The notes: generated by a model not told the origin, from the letters alone. A stretch of DNA of 64,000 bases from an uncultured Acidobacteriota bacterium (GCA_963720545.1 OY970399.1:3296001-3360000), one strand, 5' to 3'; positions 36,504 to 50,655 are shown, counted from the stretch's first letter. Numbers and translations: made by a program.

Positions 36504-37331
36504 GTGCGCCATGCCCTCGCTGCCAGCTTCGAGTGCGCGCTCCTGCTCGCGGCAGCGGCCAGCACCAGCGCGCACGACCTGTTCTTTCGCGCGCCGGCCT
36601 ATGTTGTTTCTCCGGGGGCGAAGCTGTCGGTGGACGTGCTCAGCGGCACCTTCAGCAGGAGCGAGAATGCCATCACACGCGACCGGCTGACAGACCTGTC
36701 GGTCATGGCGCCTTCCGGGCGAGTGCGCCTGGAACAGTCGGCATGGAGCGAGGCGGAGCCGCGCAGCAGCGTCTCGGTCACCACCGCGGAGCCTGGCAGC
36801 TACGTGCTGGGCGCGTCGCTGCGCCCGATGATGCTGGTGCTGAACGGCGCCGATTTCACCGCGTACCTGAAGGAAGAGGGCATCGAGGAGATCCTCGCGC
36901 TGCGCGCGCGCCAGAAGCGCCAGGGCGAGGGTTCCCGCGAGCGCTACTCGAAGTACGTTAAGGCCATCGTGCAGGCGGGCGCGCTCGCGACCAAAAACGC
37001 CAGCGAGGCGCTCGGCTACGCGGCGGAAATCGTGCCGGAAACCAACCCGTACTCGCTGGCTCCGGGCGCAGCGCTCACGGTGCGCTGCATCGTGGACGGC
37101 AAGCCGTGGGCGCACAAGGTGATCTTCGCCGGCGGCCGCAAGGGTGCGAGCGACGTCCGCCTGCCGCAGCAGCGGCTCGTCACCGACGCCGCGGGGCGTG
37201 CCACTCTCAAGCTCACGGCCGCGGGGACCTGGTACGTCAAGTTCGTGGCCATGACCGAGATCAGCGACCCCGAGGCGAACTACGAGTCGAAATGGTCCAC
37301 GCTCAGCTTCGCTGTGGGGGAGAAGCCCTAG
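36504..37331 (+). CDS. DUF4198-like periplasmic protein
   Basis: Signal peptide ending SA-HDLF, FTAYLKEEG, RERYSKYVKAIV, EIVPETNPY, TDAAG..GTWYVK, SKWSTLSF. Confidence 0.8.
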   Translation: MRHALAASFECALLLAAAASTSAHDLFFRAPAYVVSPGAKLSVDVLSGTFSRSENAITRDRLTDLSVMAPSGRVRLEQSAWSEAEPRSSVSVTTAEPGSYVLGASLRPMMLVLNGADFTAYLKEEGIEEILALRARQKRQGEGSRERYSKYVKAIVQAGALATKNASEALGYAAEIVPETNPYSLAPGAALTVRCIVDGKPWAHKVIFAGGRKGASDVRLPQQRLVTDAAGRATLKLTAAGTWYVKFVAMTEISDPEANYESKWSTLSFAVGEKP

Positions 37332-37350
37332 CACTTCTATAATCGAAGCA

Positions 37351-39156
37351 GTGCCCCTCCCCGGACCCCTGAAGGACAAGCTGGAAACGCTGCCGCACCG
37401 GCCCGGGGTGTACCTCTTCAAGGGGCGCAACGGCGAGGTCGTGTACGTCGGCAAGGCGCGGGTGCTGCGCGACCGCGTGCGCTCGTACTTCCAGGCCTCG
37501 GCGGCGCCCAACCCATGGCGCGGGCCGATGATCGACGAGGTCGAGGATCTCGACCTGGTGATCACCGACAGCGAGATGGAAGCCCTGGCGCTCGAGAACA
37601 ACTTCATCAAGAAGCACAAGCCCCGCTACAACGTGCTGTTGCGCGACGACAAGAACCACCCGTACCTCAAGCTCACGCTCACCGAGGACTATCCGCGGCT
37701 GCACGTGGTGCGGCGGCCCGGCGAGAACGGCGACGCCTACGGCGGGCCTTACATCCCCGCGGTGCTCGGGCGGCGCACCGCGAACGTGGTGCACCGCGTG
37801 TTCGGCATCCGCTCGTGCAAGGAAACCCTGAACGGCAGGCGCGCGCGCCCGTGCCTGCAGTTCCAGATCCACCGCTGCCTCGCGCCGTGTGTCGTCGAGA
37901 TCTGCACGCCCGAGGCTTATCGCGCCGCGGCTGACGACGCGGCGCTGTTCCTCGAGGGCCGCAGCGACGAGCTGGTGGACAAGCTGCACGCGCAGATGGA
38001 CGATGCCGCGACGCACGAGCGCTACGAGGAAGCCGGCACGCTGCGCGATCACATCCGCGCGCTGCAGCGCCTGGAGGCGCCGCAGAAGATCACCACCACC
38101 GACCTCGAGGAGCGCGACCTGTTCGGCGCCTACGTACACGGCGAGCGCGCCGCGCTGCAGGTGTTCGCGGTGCGCGACGGCAAGGTGGTGTCGCGCGACG
38201 CCTTCCTGCAGGACCGGGTGGTGGAGCCGGAGCTGTTCCTCGCCTCCTCGATCCAGCAGTACTACGCCGCGGGCCGCTATGTGCCGCGCGAGATCCTGGT
38301 GGCGGACGAGCTGCCGGACCGCGAGCTGCTGCAGGCGTGGCTCACCGCAAGGCGCGGCACCAACGTGCGCATCCGCCAGCCGCAGCGCGGCGAGAAGGTG
38401 CGCCTGCTGGAGCTGGTGCTGAGCAACGCGCGCCTTTCGTACGACCTCGAGTGGCGGCATCCGCGCAAGCAGACGCAGGAGCTGCTGCGCGCGCTGCGCG
38501 ACCTGCTCGACCTCGAGGTGGAGCCGAAGCGCATCGAGTGCTTCGACATCTCGAACATCCAGGGCGCCGAGATCGTCGCCTCGATGGTGGTGTTCGAGGA
38601 CGGCGTGCCGAAGAAGTCGGAATACCGAAAGTTCCGGATCCGCACGGTCGTGGGCAGTCCCGACGACTTCGCCTCGATGCGCGAGGTGGTGGGGCGGCGC
38701 TACAAGCGCCTCCTCGAAGAGGGCAAGGACCTGCCCGACCTCATCATCATCGACGGCGGCAAGGGCCAGCTGGGCGCGGCGCTCGAGGCATTGAACGAGC
38801 TGGGGCTGGGTTCACAGAACCTCGTCAGCCTGGCGAAGCGCGAGGAGCTGATCCACGTGCCCGGCCGTCCGGAGCCGATCGCCCTGCCACATCACTCGCC
38901 GGTGCTGCAGCTCGTGCAGCGCGCGCGCGACGAGGCGCACCGCTTCGCCGTCGGCTACCACCGCAAGGCGCGTTCGGCGCGCACCATCGCCTCGGAGCTC
39001 GATGCCATCCCCGGCATCGGCCCCGCCAAGCGCCGGCGGCTGCTGTCCCGGTTCGGTTCGGTGCGCGGCGTGCGCTCGGCGTCACCTGCCGAACTCGCCG
39101 CCGCCGTGGGCCCCGCCATGGCGGGCCGCGTCCGCAAGCACTTCGGCCTGTCCTGA
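37351..39156 (+). CDS. uvrC: Excinuclease ABC subunit C
   Basis: GIY-YIG (PGVY..YVGKA), Cys cluster, RIECFDISN, IIDGGKGQL, RDEAHRFA, HhH; TATAAT 7 nt before GTG. Confidence 0.96.
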   Translation: MPLPGPLKDKLETLPHRPGVYLFKGRNGEVVYVGKARVLRDRVRSYFQASAAPNPWRGPMIDEVEDLDLVITDSEMEALALENNFIKKHKPRYNVLLRDDKNHPYLKLTLTEDYPRLHVVRRPGENGDAYGGPYIPAVLGRRTANVVHRVFGIRSCKETLNGRRARPCLQFQIHRCLAPCVVEICTPEAYRAAADDAALFLEGRSDELVDKLHAQMDDAATHERYEEAGTLRDHIRALQRLEAPQKITTTDLEERDLFGAYVHGERAALQVFAVRDGKVVSRDAFLQDRVVEPELFLASSIQQYYAAGRYVPREILVADELPDRELLQAWLTARRGTNVRIRQPQRGEKVRLLELVLSNARLSYDLEWRHPRKQTQELLRALRDLLDLEVEPKRIECFDISNIQGAEIVASMVVFEDGVPKKSEYRKFRIRTVVGSPDDFASMREVVGRRYKRLLEEGKDLPDLIIIDGGKGQLGAALEALNELGLGSQNLVSLAKREELIHVPGRPEPIALPHHSPVLQLVQRARDEAHRFAVGYHRKARSARTIASELDAIPGIGPAKRRRLLSRFGSVRGVRSASPAELAAAVGPAMAGRVRKHFGLS

Positions 39157-39187
39157 TAACATCGCCGCCTTGACCGGGACCAACTAA

Positions 39188-40558
39188 ATGCAGGACATGA
39201 CCTCGGGCCCGGTGCGCGGCCACGTCCTGTCGATGTCGGCGTTCATCGCCATGAGCACGCTGTTCCAGACGCTCTACTTCCTGGCTGACCTCTTTTTCGT
39301 CGGCAAGCTGGGGCCGCAGGCGGTGGCGGGCGTGATGCTCGGCGGCAACCTCATGATGTTCGTGGTGGCGCTGACCCAGTCGCTCGGCGTCGGTACCACT
39401 GCCGTCATCGGCCAGTCGCTCGGCGCGCGCGACGTGCCGCGCGCCAACACCGCCTTCAACCAGGCCTTCGTGCTGTCGCTGCTGGTCGGCGTCGCGTTCG
39501 CAGTCTGCGCGTGGGCGCTGCGCGCGCCGTACTGCCGGCGCCTGGGCGCCGACGATGCAACCGCCGCCCAGGGCCTCGCATATCTCTCCTGGTTCATCCC
39601 TGCTCTCTTCATGAACTTCGTGCTGGTGGCGATGGGCGCGGCGTTGCGCGGCATGGGCGACATGAAAGCGCCGATGCTGATCCAGATCGGCTCGGTGGTG
39701 CTGAACGTGATCCTGGCGCCGGTCCTCATGTTCGGCTGGCTGACGGGGCGCCCGATGGGCGTCGCCGGCACCGCGCTGGCCTCTTTCATCGCCGTCGTCT
39801 GCGGCGCCACCGCCTTCGCGCTGCTGTTCCGCCGCGCACGCACGATCCGCTTCGACCCCGCGCAGTGGACGCCGCAGCCGAGGCTTTGGTGGCAGATGCT
39901 GCGCATCGGCCTGCCTGCCGGCGGCGAGTTCGTGGTGCTGACGGCCTACCTGGTGTTCGTCTACGGCCTGCTCAAGCCGTTCGGCTCGATCGCGCAGGCC
40001 GGTTTCGGCATCGGCGGCCGGGTGATGCAGGCCCTCTTCCTGCCGGCGGTGGCCGTCGGCTTCGCGGCGGCGCCGGTGGCGGCGCAGAACTTCGGCGCGA
40101 AGCAGGGACCGCGGGTGCGCGAGACCTTCCGCGCCGCCGGCGTCATCTGCAGCGTCCTCATGATCGCGGCGACCATCGTCTGCCACATCGCGCCGCGCGC
40201 GCTCATCGGCGTGTTCAGCAAGGACGCCGCGGTCATCGAGTTCGGCGCCGACTACCTGCGCATCATCAGCTGGAACTTCCTCGCCACCGGCCTCATCTTC
40301 GCGAGCTCCAGCGTCTTCCAGGGCATGGGCAACACGGTGCCGCCGCTCCTCAGCTCGTTCACCCGCCTGCTGCTTTTCATGATCCCGGCGTGGCTCATGT
40401 CGCGCCAGCCCGGCTTCGACGTACGCCACGTCTGGTATCTCTCGGTCGGTACGGTGCTGCTGCAGTTGTTCGCCAACCTCTGGCTGCTGCACCGCGAATT
40501 CGAGCGCCGCCTGCGCTTTCCCGTGGCCATAGCACCGCCGGTGAGCGCCCCGGTTTAG
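39188..40558 (+). CDS. MATE family efflux transporter
   Basis: DMTSG, YFLADLFFVGKLG, LRGMGDMKAPM, GVAGTALA, AQNFGA; about 12 TMs. Confidence 0.92.
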   Translation: MQDMTSGPVRGHVLSMSAFIAMSTLFQTLYFLADLFFVGKLGPQAVAGVMLGGNLMMFVVALTQSLGVGTTAVIGQSLGARDVPRANTAFNQAFVLSLLVGVAFAVCAWALRAPYCRRLGADDATAAQGLAYLSWFIPALFMNFVLVAMGAALRGMGDMKAPMLIQIGSVVLNVILAPVLMFGWLTGRPMGVAGTALASFIAVVCGATAFALLFRRARTIRFDPAQWTPQPRLWWQMLRIGLPAGGEFVVLTAYLVFVYGLLKPFGSIAQAGFGIGGRVMQALFLPAVAVGFAAAPVAAQNFGAKQGPRVRETFRAAGVICSVLMIAATIVCHIAPRALIGVFSKDAAVIEFGADYLRIISWNFLATGLIFASSSVFQGMGNTVPPLLSSFTRLLLFMIPAWLMSRQPGFDVRHVWYLSVGTVLLQLFANLWLLHREFERRLRFPVAIAPPVSAPV

Positions 40559-40592
40559 GTGCTACGATCCGAGGCTTCGCGAAAGGACGCTT

Positions 40593-41258
40593 TTGAGTTT
40601 CGACCTGCAGAATCTGGCGAACGGGCTCGTCTTCTACGTCATCCTCCTCTTCAGCCTGTCGTTTCATGAGTCCGCACACGCCTGGGCGGCGCTGAAGATG
40701 GGCGACGACACCGCCGCGCGCCTCGGCCGTATCAGCCTCAACCCGCTGGTGCACATCGACCCGATCGGCACGCTGATCCTGCCGCTGGTGCAGATCCTGT
40801 CCACCGGCTCGCTGTTCCTCGGCTGGGCGAAGCCGACGCCCTACAACCCGGCGAACTTCGACCGCAGGCATTCGCTCGCCAAGGGGCACGTGCGCGTTGC
40901 CGCGGCCGGGCCGCTCTCGAATGTCCTGCTCGCTGTGATCTTCACGGTCATCCTCGCGATCATGGTGCGCACCGGCATGCCGCTCAGCAACTTCGCGCTG
41001 CGCGTGTTGACGATCGGCATCATGCTCAACGTCGGCCTCGCGATCTTCAACCTCATCCCGTTGCCGCCGCTCGACGGCTCGAAGGTGGCGCTCTACGGGC
41101 TGCCGCGCTCCGCCGGCGAGCTCTACGACACTTACATCTCGCCGTACGGCGCCTGGATCCTGCTGGCGCTGGTGCTGAGCGGCGGGTTGTCCTATTTCAT
41201 CAGGCCGCTGCAGTACTTCATCCTGCTCGGCGTGCGCGCGATCGCCGGCGCCGGCTAG
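40593..41258 (+). CDS. Site-2 protease family (M50)
   Basis: HESAH, AAAGPLSN, FNLIPLPPLDG; SD AAAGGA. Confidence 0.92.
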   Translation: MSFDLQNLANGLVFYVILLFSLSFHESAHAWAALKMGDDTAARLGRISLNPLVHIDPIGTLILPLVQILSTGSLFLGWAKPTPYNPANFDRRHSLAKGHVRVAAAGPLSNVLLAVIFTVILAIMVRTGMPLSNFALRVLTIGIMLNVGLAIFNLIPLPPLDGSKVALYGLPRSAGELYDTYISPYGAWILLALVLSGGLSYFIRPLQYFILLGVRAIAGAG

Positions 41259-41267
41259 CGGACGGGA

Positions 41268-42260
41268 ATGGCAAGGCCTCGCATCCTGTCGGGCATGCGC
41301 CCCACCGGCGCGCTGCACCTCGGCCACCTGGTGGGCGCGCTCGAGAACTGGGCGCGCCTGCAGGACACCTACGACTGCTTCTACTGCATCGTCGACTGGC
41401 ACGCGCTCACCACCGACTACGCCGACCCGGGGAACATCCGCGCCAACATCCTCGAGGTCACGACCGACTGGCTGGCCGCCGGCCTCGACCCCGACCGCTC
41501 GGTGCTCTTCATCCAGAGCGACGTCAAGCAGCACGCCGAGCTGCACCTGTTGATGTCGATGATCGTGCCGCTGCCATGGCTCGAACGCGTGCCGACCTAC
41601 AAGGAACAGCAGCAGAACCTCGGCGAGCGCGACCTCGCGACCTACGGCTTCCTCGGCTATCCCCTGCTGCAGACTGCCGACATCGCGATCTACAAGGCCG
41701 ACGCCGTGCCGGTGGGCGAGGACCAGGCGCCGCACATCGAGCTGAGCCGCGAAATCGTGCGCCGCTTCAACCACTTCTACGGGCCGGTGTTTCCCGAGCC
41801 GAAGACGCTGCTGACGCCGACGCCGCGCGTGCCGGGCACCGACGGCCGCAAGATGTCGAAGTCTTTCGGCAACGCGATCTTCCTCAAGGATTCACCGGAG
41901 ACGGTGAAGGCGAAGCTGCGGCCGATGGTCACCGACCCGGCGCGCAAGCGCCGCACCGATCCCGGCAACCCCGACATCTGTCCGGTGTTCGACCTGCACA
42001 AGGCGTTTTCGCCCGCGGCCACTCAGCAGTGGTCGGCCGCAGGCTGCCGCACCGCCGGCATCGGCTGCATCGAGTGCAAGGACCGGCTGGCGGTGCACGT
42101 GAGCGAACGCCTCGCCGGCGTGCACGAGCGCCGGCCCGGCTTCGAGGCGCGGCCCGATACGGTGTGGGACGTGCTGAAGGCAGGCGCGGTGAAGGCGCGC
42201 GCCGCCGCCGAAACCACCATGGCCGCGGTGCGCACCGCGATGAAGATCGATCACGATTGA
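41268..42260 (+). CDS. trpS: Tryptophan--tRNA ligase
   Basis: SGMRPTG, HLGH, VPVGEDQ, KMSKS. Confidence 0.96.
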   Translation: MARPRILSGMRPTGALHLGHLVGALENWARLQDTYDCFYCIVDWHALTTDYADPGNIRANILEVTTDWLAAGLDPDRSVLFIQSDVKQHAELHLLMSMIVPLPWLERVPTYKEQQQNLGERDLATYGFLGYPLLQTADIAIYKADAVPVGEDQAPHIELSREIVRRFNHFYGPVFPEPKTLLTPTPRVPGTDGRKMSKSFGNAIFLKDSPETVKAKLRPMVTDPARKRRTDPGNPDICPVFDLHKAFSPAATQQWSAAGCRTAGIGCIECKDRLAVHVSERLAGVHERRPGFEARPDTVWDVLKAGAVKARAAAETTMAAVRTAMKIDHD

Positions 42261-42267
42261 AGACGCG

Positions 42268-43131
42268 ATGACCGCAGCCGACGAAACGAAGCCCGTGCCG
42301 GAAGCCGGATCCGAGGACGAACCCCAGGCCGAATCGCAGGCCGAAGCCAGGCTGCCTTCGGGTTACGAACCGTCGCTGCCCGACGACTCGCCGCGCATCG
42401 AGCTGCCGCTCTTCGCGGGGCCGCTCGACCTGCTGCTCTACCTGATCCGCAAGCACGAGTTCGACCTGCACGACATTCCCATCGCGCCGATCACGCGGCA
42501 GTACATGGAATACCTCGACGTCATGCAGGAAGTGAACCTCGACGTCGCCGGCGACTTCATGGTGATGGCCGCGACCCTCATCCACATCAAGGCGAAGATG
42601 CTGGTGCCGGTCGATCCCACCGAGGCGCAGGGCGAAGATGCCGAGGATCCGCGCGAAGGGCTGGTGCAGCGCCTCCTCGAGTTCCAGCGCTACAAGGAAG
42701 CGGCGGGCGTGCTGCACCAGAAGGGCCAGATCCGCGCCGCCACCTGGACGCGCCCGGAAGGCGCGGTTCCGACCTTCGACGATTCCGGCGAAGAGATGCT
42801 GGAGGCGGGCCTGTTCGACCTGATCTCGGCCTTCAAGGAAGTGCTCGACCGGCGCAAGGTGCTGCTGGCGCACTCGATCGAGGCGCCGGGCAAGTCGCTC
42901 GAGCAGCGCATCGACGAGCTGATGGAAATCATCCGTGAAGGCGCGTCGGTTGAGTTCCTCGAACTCTTCTACGCGCAGGAAACCAAGGCCGACATGATCG
43001 TCACCTTCCTGGCGCTGCTGGAGCTGATCCGGCTGAAGCGGGTGAAGGTGTACCAGCGCGGCATGTTCGGCGGCATCCGCGTGTTCCGTCCGGTCGGGCC
43101 CGAGCCCGACGGCACGCCGCATCCCGTCTAG
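42268..43131 (+). CDS. scpA: Segregation and condensation protein A (kleisin)
   Basis: FAGPLDLLLYLI, ITRQY, FMVMAATLIHIK, VTFLALLEL. Confidence 0.94.
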   Translation: MTAADETKPVPEAGSEDEPQAESQAEARLPSGYEPSLPDDSPRIELPLFAGPLDLLLYLIRKHEFDLHDIPIAPITRQYMEYLDVMQEVNLDVAGDFMVMAATLIHIKAKMLVPVDPTEAQGEDAEDPREGLVQRLLEFQRYKEAAGVLHQKGQIRAATWTRPEGAVPTFDDSGEEMLEAGLFDLISAFKEVLDRRKVLLAHSIEAPGKSLEQRIDELMEIIREGASVEFLELFYAQETKADMIVTFLALLELIRLKRVKVYQRGMFGGIRVFRPVGPEPDGTPHPV

Positions 43132-43146
43132 GAGGAAATTAGCAAG

Positions 43147-43845
43147 ATGAGCGACGAAACCCCGGTCCTGCCGCGCCAGCAGGTGCGCGCCATCCTCGAG
43201 GCGCTCATCTTCGCGGCCGAGCAGCCGCTGCTGCCGAAGCAGATCACGGCCGTGCTCGGCGGCGTCCCCGCCGAAGAATGGCGCGAGGCGCTCGCCGAGA
43301 TCCGCGCCGACTACGCGCGCGACGACCGCGGCCTGCAGGTCGTGGACGTCGCCGGCGGCCTGCAGATCACCACCCGTCCCGAGTACAACGACTGGATCCG
43401 CGAGCTGATCGACCCGAAGGTGCCGACGCGCCTCTCGATCCAGGCGCTCGAAACGCTCGCGGTCATCGCCTACAAGCAGCCGGTGACGCTGCCCGAGATC
43501 ATCGAGCTGCGCGGCATCAAGTCGGGCGGCGTGCTGAAGACGCTGCTCGAAAAGCGCCTCATCCGCATCACCGGCCGCAAGGACGTGGTCGGCCGGCCCA
43601 TCCTCTACGGCACCACGCGCGAGTTCCTGCTGCACTTCGGCCTCAAAGACCTCACCGAGCTGCCGGCGATCGAGGAATTCGCCGAGGTGCTTGGCGAGGA
43701 AGTGGACGTGGCCGGGCTGAAGCGGGCCATCGAAGCGCCGACCCAGGCCGAGGCTGGCGAGCTCGTGGACGACAGCGAGAGCGAGGCCCAGGGCGGCCTC
43801 GCGTTCGAGAATCCGCCGGACAATCCGTCCGAGGACCCCAAGTAA
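43147..43845 (+). CDS. scpB: SMC-Scp complex subunit B
   Basis: LEALIFAA, LSIQALETLAVIAYKQPVT, GRPILYGTT..FL..FGL. Confidence 0.95.
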   Translation: MSDETPVLPRQQVRAILEALIFAAEQPLLPKQITAVLGGVPAEEWREALAEIRADYARDDRGLQVVDVAGGLQITTRPEYNDWIRELIDPKVPTRLSIQALETLAVIAYKQPVTLPEIIELRGIKSGGVLKTLLEKRLIRITGRKDVVGRPILYGTTREFLLHFGLKDLTELPAIEEFAEVLGEEVDVAGLKRAIEAPTQAEAGELVDDSESEAQGGLAFENPPDNPSEDPK

Positions 43846-43848
43846 TAC

Positions 43849-43878
43849 TTGACAGCGGTTTCAAGCGCCTCCTACCAT
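43849..43878 (+). promoter_or_regulatory. Putative sigma70 promoter of the lipoprotein gene
   Basis: TTGACA-N18-TACCAT, followed by SD GGAGG at 43892-43896. Confidence 0.65.
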
Positions 43879-43900
43879 GGCCACAAGCCATGGAGGTCGA

Positions 43901-44717
43901 ATGATGGGGGCGTACCGCGCATTGGGGTTGAAGGGACTTGGTCTGGCCGGGGCGCTGGCGCTTTGCGCCCTGCACCCCTCCTGCGGTCTGGGAGACGATT
44001 CGGCCGGCCCCTCCGAGCTGACGATCAAGCGCTTCACGGTGTCGCCCAATCGCGTGATCTCGGGAGGCACGGTGACACTTTCCTGGGCGGTCGACGGCGC
44101 CGAAAGCGTGTCGATCGACCAGGGCGTCGGCACCGTCGCGACCGACGGCACGAAGCAGGTGAACCCCACCGCCTCGACGCGCTACACGCTCACCGCGCGC
44201 AACCAGAGCAGCCAGTTGACGGCGTTCACCGAGGTGTCGGTCGAGGGCGGCACCGGCCCGAGCCCGAGCCCCACGCCCACTCCTACGCCGACGCCAACGC
44301 CAACACCAACACCGACTCCGACTCCCACTACCCACCCCCACCCCGGGTGCCACCTGCGGCACGCCGCTGCCGGCGCAGTCCACGATCGACAACTGCGGCC
44401 TGACGATCGAGCGCTCCAACCTCGCCCCGGCAGGCCAGTGCGTCGAACTCGTCGCGCTCAGCGTCGAGAACGGCTGCCCGGCGAACGTGAACAACCGCAA
44501 GGTCACGTTCAAAGTCAGCGCCAACACCAGCAGCAACGTCACCTGGCGCACCACCAGCGAGTCGCCGAGCACCACGAACCCGATGAGCGGCGACATCGCG
44601 AGCAGCGGCGAGACCACGGTGACGGCGGGCGAGAACGTCATCGGCGACTTCCTCAAGATCCGCATCGTCAACGACAACAACGACGCCTTCGTCACATTCA
44701 CGCTGCGGAACAAATAG
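43901..44717 (+). pseudogene. Putative lipoprotein (Ig-like domain, Pro/Thr linker, Cys-containing domain), frameshifted at about 44330; may be an assembly artefact
   Basis: Hydrophobic leader with Cys, FTVSP..GGTVTLSW..VSID.GVG.V..TRYTLTA; removing A44330 continues PTPT into a clean frame ending TAG 44717. Confidence 0.7.
44257..44345 (+). repeat. Degenerate 6-bp tandem repeat encoding a (Pro-Ser/Thr)n linker
   Basis: About 14 CCN-ACN/AGC units. Confidence 0.85.
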
Positions 44718-44754
44718 GGGAGCACGGCGCGCGGCGGTAACATCGCCGCAAACC

Positions 44755-45543
44755 GTGCAGGAAAGACTCCAGAAGATCCTCGCCCAGGCGGGGATTGCCT
44801 CGCGCCGCGCCTCGGAAGAGCTGATCCGCCGCGGCCGTGTGCGCGTCAACGGCGACGTCGTCACCGAGCTCGGCACCAAGGCCGACGCCGCTGTGGACGA
44901 GATCCGCGTGGACGGCAAACCGGTGCGCAAGGCCGCCGAGAAGGCGTACCTGATGTTGTTCAAGCCGAAGGGGTTCGTCACCACGCGCAGCGACCCGGGC
45001 GGCCGCGACACGGTTATGGGGCTGGTGCCCCGCATCCCGGGCCTGTTCCCGGTGGGCCGGCTCGACGTCAACACCGAGGGCCTGCTGCTGCTCACCAACG
45101 ACGGCGCCTTCGCGCAGCGCGTTGCGCACCCGAGCTATGAAGTGGCGCGCGTGTACCACGCCAAGGTGCGCGGCACGCCGGAGCCCACGACCCTGCAGCG
45201 GCTCGCGCAGGGCGTGATGGTGGACGGCAAGCGCATGGCGGTCGACCGCGCCGCCATCCTCGAAGGCGGCGCCAACGCATGGCTCGAGATCACTCTGCAC
45301 GAGGGACGCAACCGCGAAGTGCGGCGCCTGCTCGAATCGGTGGGGCATCCGGTGGCGAAACTGCGGCGCGTGTCGCTCGGCCCGCTGACACTGCGCGGCC
45401 TGCAGCCGGGCGGCTTCCGCTCGCTCTTGCCGGCCGAGATCGCGAAGCTGCTGGGGCCCGGCGCAGCGGCGCGGCGCCGCGGCCGCAAGCCCGCGGCGGC
45501 CGCTCGCAAGCCCGCGGCGGCGCGCAGGCAGGCGGCGCGATGA
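44755..45543 (+). CDS. rluB: rRNA pseudouridine synthase (RluB/RsuA family)
   Basis: S4 domain ERLQKILAQAGIASRR, catalytic VGRLD, EGRNREVRR; context scpB..cmk. Confidence 0.88.
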   Translation: MQERLQKILAQAGIASRRASEELIRRGRVRVNGDVVTELGTKADAAVDEIRVDGKPVRKAAEKAYLMLFKPKGFVTTRSDPGGRDTVMGLVPRIPGLFPVGRLDVNTEGLLLLTNDGAFAQRVAHPSYEVARVYHAKVRGTPEPTTLQRLAQGVMVDGKRMAVDRAAILEGGANAWLEITLHEGRNREVRRLLESVGHPVAKLRRVSLGPLTLRGLQPGGFRSLLPAEIAKLLGPGAAARRRGRKPAAAARKPAAARRQAAR

Positions 45544-46220
45544 GCGAGCGCCGCCTGGTCATCGCGATCGACGGACCGTCGGGTGCGGGCAAGTCGACGC
45601 TCGGCCGCGGGCTCGCGAAGGAACTCGACCTCACCTTCATCGACACCGGCGCCATGTACCGCGCGCTGGCGCTGAAGGCGCTGCGCACCAAAACGCCGGT
45701 GGACGACGAGGCGCGGCTGGCACTGCTTTTGACGAAGACGCGCATCGAGCTGGTGGACGGTGGGCGCGGCGTCATCCTCGACGGCAAGGACGTGAGCCGC
45801 CGGCTGCGCAGCCAGGAAGTGAGCCATGCGGCCTCGGCGGTGTCGCGCCATCGCGCGGTCCGCCGTGAGATGGTGGCACGGCAGCAGGAGCTCGGCCGTG
45901 CGGGATCGGTGGTGCTCGACGGCCGCGACATCGGCAGCGTCGTGTTTCCCGACGCCGACTTCAAGTTCTACGTCGATGCCGAGCCCGCGCGGCGCGCCGA
46001 ACGCCGCTACGAAGAGCTGGTCGCCGCCGGCGAGAAGGCGGACCTCGCGCAGATCGAGGCCGAGATCCGCGCCCGCGATGCCGCCGATTCGAGCCGCTAC
46101 GACTCGCCGCTGGTCCGCGCCCACGACGCCGTCTACCTGGACACGACCGCGATGGACGCGGCAACGGCGCTCGACCGCATGCTGCGCATCATCGGCTCGC
46201 GCACCCGGCCGTTTCCATAA
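45540..46220 (+). CDS. cmk: Cytidylate kinase
   Basis: IAIDGPSGAGKST, DTGAMYRA, DGRDIGSVVFP. Confidence 0.95.
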   Translation: MSERRLVIAIDGPSGAGKSTLGRGLAKELDLTFIDTGAMYRALALKALRTKTPVDDEARLALLLTKTRIELVDGGRGVILDGKDVSRRLRSQEVSHAASAVSRHRAVRREMVARQQELGRAGSVVLDGRDIGSVVFPDADFKFYVDAEPARRAERRYEELVAAGEKADLAQIEAEIRARDAADSSRYDSPLVRAHDAVYLDTTAMDAATALDRMLRIIGSRTRPFP

Positions 46221-46241
46221 GTTGTGATAGAAAAACTGCCC

Positions 46242-47354
<1,113 letters not shown>

Positions 47355-47397
47355 AACTGAAGCGCTCGCGCCGTCATCGTTTCCAAAGGAGCCAAGC

Positions 47398-47781
47398 ATG
47401 TACCCTGAAGACCTGCGCTACACCAAGGACCACGAATGGGTGCGCATCGAGGGCGACCGCGCCCGCGTCGGCATCACCGATCACGCGCAGGACCAGCTCG
47501 GCGACGTGGTGTTCCTCGACTTCCCCGAGGTCGGCCGCCAGCTCAACGCGCACGACCAGTTCGGCACGGTCGAGTCGGTGAAGGCGGTGTCGGAGCTGTT
47601 CTCGCCGCTCGCCGGCGAGGTGACCGCGGTCAACGAAGCGCTCGGCAAGACGCCGGAACTCGTCAACAGCGATCCTTACGGCGCCGCGTGGCTCATCGAG
47701 CTGCGCATCGACCCCGCGGCCGGCGCCGCGCTGATGGACGCTGCCGCGTATCAGGCCTGGATCCAGGCGGAGGGGAAGTAA
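47398..47781 (+). CDS. gcvH: Glycine cleavage system H protein
   Basis: YTKDHEW, GITDHAQDQLGD, lipoyl site ESVKA, VNSDPYG. Confidence 0.96.
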   Translation: MYPEDLRYTKDHEWVRIEGDRARVGITDHAQDQLGDVVFLDFPEVGRQLNAHDQFGTVESVKAVSELFSPLAGEVTAVNEALGKTPELVNSDPYGAAWLIELRIDPAAGAALMDAAAYQAWIQAEGK

Positions 47782-47787
47782 GGGCTG

Positions 47788-50655
<2,868 letters not shown>

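Noticed and set aside
42268..43845. Wadjet/MksBEF-type defence system
   Set aside because: Canonical scpA/scpB in the housekeeping trpS-rluB-cmk context; no SMC-like or JetD gene adjacent
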